NCBI GenBank assembly: GCA_027025555.1
Contig: JALVQN010000217.1
Location: forward strand, 1 to 60,857
DNA from: Desulfobacterales bacterium
Lineage (GTDB): Bacteria; Desulfobacterota; Desulfobacteria; Desulfobacterales; UBA2156
Direction of reading: 5' to 3'
Length of the DNA: 60,857 bases
Part shown: positions 9,158 through 16,866 of the stretch, one piece after another
Layout: every line of letters begins with the position of its first letter
How positions within the stretch are numbered: the first letter of the stretch is position 1
The notes under the pieces: model-generated
The model's input: the letters and a program-made list of their open reading frames with translations, nothing else
Databases searched by the model: none
What the model was told of the DNA's origin: nothing
Translations under genes and position numbers: made by a program

Positions 9158-9658
9158 ATGGGAAATCAAGCAGAAGCGGCCGCCCTGGACGAGGCCCCGA
9201 AAATAGAAAAAGAGGCCGACATTCCGGAAGGGTGGGAACCCAATATCATTGCTTTTGCATGCCATTATTGCGCCTTTGCCGCCGCCGACCTGGCCGGCGT
9301 CATGCGGCTGTCTTACCCTCCCAACGTGAAGGTGATCCGTCTTCCCTGCACGGGAAAGCTGGACGAATACTATGTTCTGAGGGCCTTTGTCCGGGGGGTG
9401 GACGGCGTGTTCGTGGCGGGCTGACTGGAAGGTCAGTGCCATTTCCTGGAAGGAAATCTCAACGCCAAGAAGAAAGTCGCCCGTCTCAAGCATCTTTTGG
9501 CCGAAGTGGGCATCGACCCCCGGAGGGTGGAGATGTTCAATCTTTCCGCCGCCATGGGTCCCCGATGGGCCGAGATCTGTACCACCTTCACCCAGACCAT
9601 AAAGGAGCTGGGGCCCTCCCCGGTAGGGTTGGCCGGTCGCAGGCCCAAAGAAGGATAA
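9158..9658 (+). CDS. mvhD: MvhD/FlpD [2Fe-2S] hydrogenase delta subunit, selenoprotein (Sec89 at TGA 9422-9424), 166 aa
   Basis: FACHYC..AADLAG..YPPNVKVIRLPCTGK..GVDGVFVAG-U-LEGQCHFLEGN..IDPRRVEMFNLSAA..KELGPSP. The TGA is at the conserved Cys of GCxxGxCH and the frame continues to TAA 9656-9658. Confidence 0.9.
9441..9457 (+). promoter_or_regulatory. Putative bacterial SECIS apical hairpin
   Basis: ATTTCCT-GGA-AGGAAAT perfect 7-bp stem. The first loop G is 24 nt after the in-frame UGA. Confidence 0.6.
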
Positions 9659-9668
9659 CGGAGGAGCT

Positions 9669-10352
9669 ATGATCGTTGCAAAGAGAAAACCCATCGAAGA
9701 AATCAAAGAGATGGTCAAAGGGTATCAGAAGGTCCTGAATGTGGGGTGCGGCACATGCGTGTCCGTCTGCCTGGTGGGAGGCGAAAAGGAGGTCAACATC
9801 CTCAATGCCGAACTCGAAATGGCTCGGAAGATGGAAGACAACCCCATTGAGATGGGCGCTGCCAGCGTGGAACGCCAGTGCGACCGGGAATTTTTGGCCG
9901 AACTGGACGACAAGGTGGGGGAATACGAGGCCCTCATGTCCATGGCCTGCGGGGTGGGCATCCAGTTTCTGGCGGAGCGCTTTCCGGACAAGCCGGTGCT
10001 GCCGGCGGTGGATACCACGGGACTGGCCGTGAACCAGGATGTGGGATGGTACGAAGAACGGTGCCGCTCCTGCGGCAGTTGCGTTTTGGGATGGACCGGG
10101 GGCATCTGCCCGGTGACCCTGTGCGCCAAGGGGCTTTATAACGGCCCCTGCGGCGGGACCAACAACGGAAGCTGTGAGATCGATCCCGAGCAGCCGTGCG
10201 CCTGGTTCAAGATTTACGAGCGGCTGGCCGGGCAGGGACGCTTGGACTTGATCAAGGAATTTCATCCGGCCAACGCGTGGCAGGATCAGGTCCCGCGGAC
10301 CCTGATTCAACCGGGATACGAAAAGGCGGAGGCGACCGGTCAAAAGACCTAA
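9669..10352 (+). CDS. metV: MetV, Zn/Fe-S small subunit of methylene-THF reductase
   Basis: GCGTCVSVC, ERQCD, MACGVG, ERCRSCGSC..GICPVTLCAKGLYNGPCGG..CE..PCAW. Directly upstream of metF. GGAGG RBS. Confidence 0.9.
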   Translation: MIVAKRKPIEEIKEMVKGYQKVLNVGCGTCVSVCLVGGEKEVNILNAELEMARKMEDNPIEMGAASVERQCDREFLAELDDKVGEYEALMSMACGVGIQFLAERFPDKPVLPAVDTTGLAVNQDVGWYEERCRSCGSCVLGWTGGICPVTLCAKGLYNGPCGGTNNGSCEIDPEQPCAWFKIYERLAGQGRLDLIKEFHPANAWQDQVPRTLIQPGYEKAEATGQKT

Positions 10353-10426
10353 GAGGCGGAATCCATGGGGTGCCGAGGCATGAAGGGTCGCATCGTTGAA
10401 ACGAAACTTTTCGGGGAAAGGCGAAA

Positions 10427-11353
10427 ATGAAATCAGGAAGCAACTTGGAAAAGGTTCTGAAGAAAGGACATTTTGCATTTACCGGCGAGTTGGGTCCCCC
10501 CAGGGGCGCCAACGCCGAAGAAGTTCGGAAAAAGGCCGCCTTTTTGAAGGGGAACGTGGACTCGGTCAATATTACGGACAACCAGACCGCCATGGTCCGC
10601 ATGTCCAGCTGGGCTTCCTGCCTCCTGTTGATCCAGGAAGGCCTCGAACCCAATTACCAGATGGTGTGCCGGGACCGGAACCGTCTGGCCATGCAATCCG
10701 ATATCCTGGGCGCCTACGCCCTGGGGATTCGCAACATCCTTTGTCTTTCCGGCGACCATTGCAAGTTCGGGGATCATCCCCAGGCCAAGGGGGTCTTCGA
10801 TATCGATTCCATGCAACTGATCGCCATGGTCAAGAAGATGCGTGACGAAGGGCAGTTCCTCAGCGGTGGCGAACTGGATGAAGCCCCCAAGATGTTCATC
10901 GGTGCGGCGGCCAATCCCTTTGCCGATCCCTTTGAGTGGCGGGTGTACCGGCTGGCCAAAAAAGTCTCGGCGGGTGTGGATTTCATCCAGACCCAGTGTA
11001 TTTACAACATGGAAAAATTCAGACAATACATGAAACAGGCCAATGACATGGGGCTCACGGAGAAGGTCTTCATCCTGGCGGGCGTCACCCCCATGAAAAG
11101 CGTGGGCATGGCCAAGTACATGAAAAATAAAGTCCCGGGGATGGATGTCCCGGACGAGATCATCAAACGTCTCCAGGGCGTGGAAAAGAAGAAGCAGGCC
11201 GAAGAGGGGATCAAGATCGCCGTGGAGCAGATCGAGGAATTCAAGGAGATGAAAGGGGTCGCCGGCGTGCATCTCATGGCCATCGAATGGGAGCACAAGG
11301 TCCCCCAGATTGCCGAGATGGCCAAAGTCCTTCCCCGCCCCAAGCTGGAGTGA
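10427..11353 (+). CDS. metF: Methylenetetrahydrofolate reductase, MetVF type
   Basis: TGELGPPRG, NITDNQTAMVRMSS, CRDRNRLAMQSD, LSGDH, KKVSAGVDFIQTQ, GVHLM. Confidence 0.93.
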   Translation: MKSGSNLEKVLKKGHFAFTGELGPPRGANAEEVRKKAAFLKGNVDSVNITDNQTAMVRMSSWASCLLLIQEGLEPNYQMVCRDRNRLAMQSDILGAYALGIRNILCLSGDHCKFGDHPQAKGVFDIDSMQLIAMVKKMRDEGQFLSGGELDEAPKMFIGAAANPFADPFEWRVYRLAKKVSAGVDFIQTQCIYNMEKFRQYMKQANDMGLTEKVFILAGVTPMKSVGMAKYMKNKVPGMDVPDEIIKRLQGVEKKKQAEEGIKIAVEQIEEFKEMKGVAGVHLMAIEWEHKVPQIAEMAKVLPRPKLE

Positions 11354-11414
11354 CAAGGATGCGGCCGCGGCAAACCCGGGCCCTTTCCGGGCGCGGCCGA
11401 TGCCCTGGATGTTG

Positions 11415-11453
11415 ACGGCCTGATTCCCGGTGGGGGATCGGGCCGTTTTTTTT
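11415..11453 (+). terminator. Rho-independent terminator of the hdr-mvh-met operon
   Basis: ACGGCCTGATTCCC-GGTG-GGGGATCGGGCCGT followed by a T run. Confidence 0.8.
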
Positions 11454-11525
11454 GCCCTTTACAACCCTTCCCGTTCAACCCCTTTTTCCCCTCAGCGCAT
11501 TATTTCCTTGACAGGCGCCTCGCGA

Positions 11526-11574
11526 TATGAAACAAATCCTTCATAAATTTATTTTATGAAATAAATTCCTCATA
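11526..11574. promoter_or_regulatory. Twin 20-bp palindromic operator-like sites upstream of the RpiR regulator
   Basis: TATGAAACAAATCCTTCATA (11526-11545) and TATGAAATAAATTCCTCATA (11555-11574). TTGACA at 11508-11513. Confidence 0.6.
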
Positions 11575-11579
11575 TTCCA

Positions 11580-12500
11580 ATGAATACCCACGACATCTTC
11601 CAACAGATTTCGGCGAACTATGAAAGGCTTCCGCCCAGTCAAAAAAAGGTTGCCGAATATATCTTCCATCACCTGAATCAAGCCATCCTGCTCAATGCCA
11701 ACCAGGTGGCCCTCAAGGCCAAGGTTTCTGAGGCCACGGTCATCCGCTTTTTCAATGGCCTCGGCTTCTCCGGGTTTGCGGAGTTTAAGCGGGTCCTCGG
11801 CCGGAAGATCATGGCCGATCATTCCACTTCCTCCCGGTTGATCGAATCGGCCAAGACCCTGGAGGGCCGCGATTCCCTTTTTTCAGACATTTTGCTGGAA
11901 GACATTGAAAAGATCAAAGCACTGGCGTCTCGGATTCCGGATAAGACCTTCAACACGGCGGTGGAGAAACTCTGCTCGGCCAGGAGGCTCTACGTCCTGG
12001 GATTGCGATCCAGCCATGCCCTGGCCTTTTACCTGGCCTTCGACCTTCGCTTTTTCCTGGATTCCGTTCGGTTGATCCAGCCGGGGGTGGGGGATATCCC
12101 CGAGCAACTGCGGGACATGGGCCCCCCCGATGTCCTGGTCGTCATCAGTTTCAAAAGACACACCCGAACCACGGTGGAGCTTACCGAAAGGATAAAACCG
12201 AAAGGGCCCTTCATCATTGCCATCACCAACAGCGCGCTTTCTCCCACCGCCCAGTTGAGCGATATGGCGCTGATCGCCGAAACAAAGATACCGGCCCATT
12301 TCGAATCCTATACGGCCCCCATGAGCCTGATCAATGCGCTTATCACGGCCATTGCCCTGCGGAAAAAGGACCAGGCCATCCCCGTGCTGAAGCGCCTGGA
12401 AGAGGAATTTTCAAGATTCAACACCTTCGTCAAACAGGGCCCGGACGCGTTTGACCGAGCGCCCTTGAAACAGGGGGATTTCTTGCAGGAGGAAAAATGA
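11580..12500 (+). CDS. MurR/RpiR-family transcriptional regulator (HTH + SIS)
   Basis: LPPSQKKVAEYI..VSEATVIRF..LGFSGFAEFK HTH. SIS domain GLRSS, DVLVVISF, IIAITNS. Confidence 0.9.
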   Translation: MNTHDIFQQISANYERLPPSQKKVAEYIFHHLNQAILLNANQVALKAKVSEATVIRFFNGLGFSGFAEFKRVLGRKIMADHSTSSRLIESAKTLEGRDSLFSDILLEDIEKIKALASRIPDKTFNTAVEKLCSARRLYVLGLRSSHALAFYLAFDLRFFLDSVRLIQPGVGDIPEQLRDMGPPDVLVVISFKRHTRTTVELTERIKPKGPFIIAITNSALSPTAQLSDMALIAETKIPAHFESYTAPMSLINALITAIALRKKDQAIPVLKRLEEEFSRFNTFVKQGPDAFDRAPLKQGDFLQEEK

Positions 12501-13261
12501 CCTTCGAATGTATTGTCTATGAAAAGGAAGACGGTGTTGCCACCATCAAGTTGAACCGACCCCGGGTCCTCAATGCCATGAACCGGCAGCTGTGGCTCGA
12601 CTTCCAGGAAGCCCTGGCCGATGCAAAGAGGGACGCGGCCGTCAAGGTCGTGATCGTCACGGGGGAGGGACGGGCGTTTTCCACCGGTGCCGACTTGAAG
12701 GATTCAAAGGGGCGGAGCCTGCGCGATTACCGGGCCTACCTGGAGGCGTTGCAGGAAACCTCCCGGACCATCATCCGCTTCGAAAAACCCACCATTGCGG
12801 CCATCAACGGCTATGCCCTGGGGTCGGGGTATGAACTGGCCCTGGCCTGCGACATCCGCATTGCGGCTGAAGAAGCCAAGATCGGCTCTCCCGAAGCCAA
12901 GGTGACGTCCTCGGTGACCGGCGGCGCCATGCGCCTGGTCCAGGATTTAATCGGACCGGGAAAGGCCCGGGAACTCCTCTTCACCGCAGAGTACATCGAT
13001 GGCCGGGAGGCTGAACGAATCGGGCTGGTCAACAAGGCCGTGCCCCTGGACCGGCTCATGGAGGAGGCGCGAACCATGGCGGCGAAAATCGCCCGAAACT
13101 CGGCCTTTTCCATTAAACTGATCAAAAAAGGCCTCCTGATGGCCAAAGACAATGTGAGCATGGAGGCACTCATGGATTTTGAGGTGGAAGCCTGTCTGGC
13201 CTGTGTGTCCACCCAGGAGCGGGAGAAATCCTTGGAGGCCTTTGCGGAAAGGAAGCGATAG
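12497..13261 (+). CDS. Enoyl-CoA hydratase/isomerase
   Basis: LNRP..LNAMN, AFSTGADL, KPTIAAINGYALGSGYELALACD, PEAKV. Both catalytic Glu positions are present. Confidence 0.92.
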   Translation: MTFECIVYEKEDGVATIKLNRPRVLNAMNRQLWLDFQEALADAKRDAAVKVVIVTGEGRAFSTGADLKDSKGRSLRDYRAYLEALQETSRTIIRFEKPTIAAINGYALGSGYELALACDIRIAAEEAKIGSPEAKVTSSVTGGAMRLVQDLIGPGKARELLFTAEYIDGREAERIGLVNKAVPLDRLMEEARTMAAKIARNSAFSIKLIKKGLLMAKDNVSMEALMDFEVEACLACVSTQEREKSLEAFAERKR

Positions 13262-13269
13262 GAGGAAGC

Positions 13270-15411
13270 ATGTCCCTTGAAAGGGTGTTGAATGCCGGGT
13301 CGGTGGCCATTGTGGGGGCCTCGAAAAACGAAACCAAGCGGGGGTATCAGGCCATTCGTACCCTGCTTTCGGAAAACTACGCCGGGAAAATCTTCCCCGT
13401 CAATCCCAAGGAAAAAAGCATCTTGGGGTTGATGTGCTATCCAAAAGTGTCGGAGATTCCAGACCCGGTGGATCTGGCCCTGATCACCACACCGGCAAAG
13501 ACGCTGCCGGCCATTTTGGAAGATTGCGGGGCCAAAGGGGTGAAGGGGGCCGTGATCATCGCCGGCGGCTTCCAAGAGCTGGGAAAGGAGGGTAAAAAAC
13601 TCCAGGACACGGTGGTGGCAACGGCGAAAAAGTATGCCATCCGGCTCATCGGCCCCAACACTTCCGGGATGATGAACCTGAAAATAAACCTGAATCTCGT
13701 GGGCATGCGGGACGTGCCCAAGGGGGATATCGCCCTGCTGACCCAGAGCGGCAACATGGCCCTGACCATGATCACCGAGGCGAAGAACAACAGCAAGAGG
13801 GGATTTTCCTACTACGTGGGCGTGGGGAACGAAGCGGACATCCATTTCCACGAGTATCTGGCCCATTTCCGGGCGGATCCCGACACACGCGCCGTATTGA
13901 TGTACGTGGAGGGCATGCGGGACGGCCGCGCCTTTTTGGCCGAAGCCCGGCGAACCACGCGGGAAAAACCCATCGTCCTGTTGAAAAGCGGGCGGTCCGA
14001 CACGGGCCGGCGTTCGGCAGGCTCCCACACCGGGGCCCTGGCCGGAATGCCGGAAGTGGCGAAAGGGGCCTATACCCGGGCGGGGGTCATCGTTTTGGAA
14101 CACAGCGACGAGCTGTTTCCCGTGACCGAAACCGTATCGAGCCTGCCGCCCATCACCAACAATGCCGTGGCGATTTTAGCCGATGGGGGCGGGCATGCCA
14201 CCATCGCTTCCGATTTGTTGACGGATATGGGCATAAAGATTCCCATTCTCCACGACCAAACCCAAAAGAAGTTGAGAGAGATCCTGCCCTTTGCCGCCTC
14301 CGTGCCGAACCCCGTGGACGTGGCCGGGGGCGGCGACGCCGATCCTTCCATCTTTGCCGAATGCGCCAGGATCATCCTGGAAGATCCGGCTGTTGGAGGA
14401 CTCTTGATGGTGGGGCTTTTCGGAGGCTACGGGATCCGGTTCGCCGAAAGCCTGGCGGCCATCGAAGAAGCGGCCGCCCGCAACATGGGACAACTGGTGC
14501 AAGCGGTCAAAAAGCCCATGGTGGTGCACAGCCTTTTCAATTCGGCCAAGCCTCCCGCCCTCGACATCCTCAAGTCCCGGGGGATCACGGTCTACGATTC
14601 CCTCGATATTGCTTGTAAAAGCATCAGCGCCCTGGCGCAATACGGGGCCTACTTGAATTCGCCCCCCCAAGAAGGAGGGCTCGTGTTTCAGTGGGGGGCC
14701 AAAGCCACACCTGAGGGGAAAAAGATCCTGGAGACCGCCCGGGCCCAGGGCCGATGGGCGCTTTTGGAACACGAGGCCATGGCGTTGTTGGGCGCCCACG
14801 GGTTGCCCGTTTTTCCGGCCCCGCCCTCCCAATCCGCCGAAGAAGCCGTGGCAGCGGCGGAGAAAATAGACGGCCCGGTGGTCATGAAGATTGTTTCTCC
14901 GGACATCCTGCACAAGAGCGACGCCGGAGGGGTTCGATTGAATTTGTCCACGGCCGGGGAAATCCGGCAGGCCTTTGAAGAAATCCGCGCCAATGCAAAA
15001 AAGTTTAATCCAAAGGCCGAAATCCGTGGCATAAGCGTGGCGCCCATGGCCGAGCCGGGCGTCGAGATCATTGTGGGGACCAAGGACGACGATCAGTTCG
15101 GACCCATCATCATGTTCGGGCTGGGGGGGGTCCTGGTGGAGATCTTCAAGGATGTCACCTTCCGGGTTTTGCCGCTGACCCCCCTGGGGGCCCAGGGGAT
15201 GATACGCGAGTTCAAGGCAAGGGCCATCCTGGATGGCGTACGCGGCAATCCGCCGGTGGACAAGGAAGCCATTAAGGCCTTGTTGCTGAAGGTCTCCGAA
15301 GTCATCGAATCGTATCCGGAAATCGCAGAAATGGATCTCAACCCGGTCATGGTCTATGAAAAGGGATTGCACATCGTGGATGCCCGGATCCTACTGCAGG
15401 AAGCGTCTTGA
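13270..15411 (+). CDS. ADP-forming acyl-CoA synthetase (acetate-CoA ligase family), fused alpha-beta
   Basis: VAIVGAS, PVNPK, IGPN, TQSG, SHTGALAG (phospho-His), NPVD, and a C-terminal ATP-grasp (KIVSPDILHKSDAGGV, FGPIIMFGLGG, MDLNPV). Confidence 0.92.
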   Translation: MSLERVLNAGSVAIVGASKNETKRGYQAIRTLLSENYAGKIFPVNPKEKSILGLMCYPKVSEIPDPVDLALITTPAKTLPAILEDCGAKGVKGAVIIAGGFQELGKEGKKLQDTVVATAKKYAIRLIGPNTSGMMNLKINLNLVGMRDVPKGDIALLTQSGNMALTMITEAKNNSKRGFSYYVGVGNEADIHFHEYLAHFRADPDTRAVLMYVEGMRDGRAFLAEARRTTREKPIVLLKSGRSDTGRRSAGSHTGALAGMPEVAKGAYTRAGVIVLEHSDELFPVTETVSSLPPITNNAVAILADGGGHATIASDLLTDMGIKIPILHDQTQKKLREILPFAASVPNPVDVAGGGDADPSIFAECARIILEDPAVGGLLMVGLFGGYGIRFAESLAAIEEAAARNMGQLVQAVKKPMVVHSLFNSAKPPALDILKSRGITVYDSLDIACKSISALAQYGAYLNSPPQEGGLVFQWGAKATPEGKKILETARAQGRWALLEHEAMALLGAHGLPVFPAPPSQSAEEAVAAAEKIDGPVVMKIVSPDILHKSDAGGVRLNLSTAGEIRQAFEEIRANAKKFNPKAEIRGISVAPMAEPGVEIIVGTKDDDQFGPIIMFGLGGVLVEIFKDVTFRVLPLTPLGAQGMIREFKARAILDGVRGNPPVDKEAIKALLLKVSEVIESYPEIAEMDLNPVMVYEKGLHIVDARILLQEAS

Positions 15412-15579
15412 TAAAAAGGGTTGCCCCGTAAGCTGGGATTTGATAAAAATCTTGGGCCTGTATCCTTGTGATTACTAAAAGGTTTCGCGGTACATCAACA
15501 GAAAGGAGGTGTTCATTTCCCGCCGTTTTTTTCCACCGGAATTTTTTTCCAACCCCATCCCTCATGGAAAGGAGGTCAC

Positions 15580-16560
15580 ATGAAAAAAGGATTTGTTTTA
15601 TCCATTGCGCTGGTTTTCGGTTTGGGAATCCTCATGGGTGCCGGGCCGGCGCCGGTCAAGGCGGAACAGAAGTTCGTCACCATCGGAACCGGGGGGGTAA
15701 CCGGTGTCTACTACCCCACAGGCGGTGCCATTTGTCGATTGGTCAATAAAACCCGGAAGGTCCACGGCATCCGTTGCTCCGTGGAGAGCACCGGAGGGTC
15801 CATTTACAACCTGAACGCCATTGCCGCCGGAGAACTGGACATGGGTGTGGCCCAGTCCGACTGGCAGTACCACGCCTATCACGGCACCAGCAAGTTCAAA
15901 GACAAGGGGCCCAACAAGGACCTGAGATCGGTCTTTTCCATTCACCCCGAGCCGTTCACCGTTGTGGCGCGAAAAGATTCGGGCATCAAAAAGTTCCAGG
16001 ACCTCAAGGGCAAACGGGTCAACATCGGCAACCCGGGGTCCGGACAGCGGGGCACCATGGAAGTGGTCATGAAAGCCTTTGGATGGACCAAAGCCGATTT
16101 CAAACTCGCCTCGGAGCTCAAATCCGCCGAGCAGTCCAAGGCCCTTTGCGACAACAAGATCGATGCCATGGTCTTCACCGTGGGGCATCCCAGCGGATCC
16201 ATCAAAGAGGCCACCACGTCGTGCGACTCCGTGATCGTTGAAGTCTCCGGCCCGGAAATCGACGCACTGGTCAAGAAGCATCCCTACTACCGATACGCGG
16301 TGATTCCCGGCGGGATGTACCGGGGGACGGATCATGACGTGAAGACCTTCGGCGTGGGCGCCACTTTCGTGACTTCCGCAAAAGTTCCTGAAGAGATCAT
16401 TTACTATGTGGTCAAGGCGGTCTTTGACAACTTCGATGAGTTCAAGAAGCTGCATCCGGCCTTCAAGGTTCTGAAAAAAGAAGAAATGATCAAAGACGGC
16501 CTTTCTGCACCGCTGCACAGGGGCGCCGTCAAATACTACAAAGAAGCCGGGTTGATGTAA
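15580..16560 (+). CDS. TAXI-family TRAP transporter solute-binding protein
   Basis: Signal peptide, [47 protein letters not shown]. Confidence 0.92.
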   Translation: MKKGFVLSIALVFGLGILMGAGPAPVKAEQKFVTIGTGGVTGVYYPTGGAICRLVNKTRKVHGIRCSVESTGGSIYNLNAIAAGELDMGVAQSDWQYHAYHGTSKFKDKGPNKDLRSVFSIHPEPFTVVARKDSGIKKFQDLKGKRVNIGNPGSGQRGTMEVVMKAFGWTKADFKLASELKSAEQSKALCDNKIDAMVFTVGHPSGSIKEATTSCDSVIVEVSGPEIDALVKKHPYYRYAVIPGGMYRGTDHDVKTFGVGATFVTSAKVPEEIIYYVVKAVFDNFDEFKKLHPAFKVLKKEEMIKDGLSAPLHRGAVKYYKEAGLM

Positions 16561-16567
16561 GAAAAAA

Positions 16568-16620
16568 GGATACCGGGGGTGCGCCGGCGCCATCGAGCGC
16601 ACTCCCGGATCCCGTTTTTT
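16568..16620 (+). terminator. Terminator/stabilising hairpin between the TAXI binding protein and the permease
   Basis: GGAT-A-CCGGGGGTGCGC ... GCGCACTCCCGG-ATCC followed by GTTTTTT. Confidence 0.6.
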
Positions 16621-16866
16621 GACGCTTCCCGGCAAAAAAAGAGGCGTTTGATCCGTTTCAATCCTACGCTCTGCCTTACGCCTCTCCGCTTTGCTGAAAA
16701 GGACGCATCCGCTCAAGGCAAAATAGCTTTTTCCCCGGAAAGGAGTTGCGCCCGCGATGACGGGTTGGAAGGGAGGCCTTTTGGGGATGAAACGGATCGT
16801 TAGACCAGACCCTGCAACATGCGAGCATAGGACCCCTGGCATCATTATCATCAAAGGATCAATGCC

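Noticed and set aside
9232-9672. 146-aa alternative-frame ORF or frameshift explanation for mvhD
   Set aside because: MvhD similarity continues in the original frame across the UGA, so no frameshift is needed.
11357-11408. GGCAAACCC-containing hairpin after metF as a c-di-GMP-I riboswitch
   Set aside because: It lacks the GAAA tetraloop and second stem, and lies 3' of a gene just before its terminator. More likely a stabilising hairpin.
16621-16866. Long spacer with a 74-aa ORF between TAXI and the permease
   Set aside because: The ORF overlaps the terminator hairpin and looks non-coding. I found no second copy in the window to support a repeat element.
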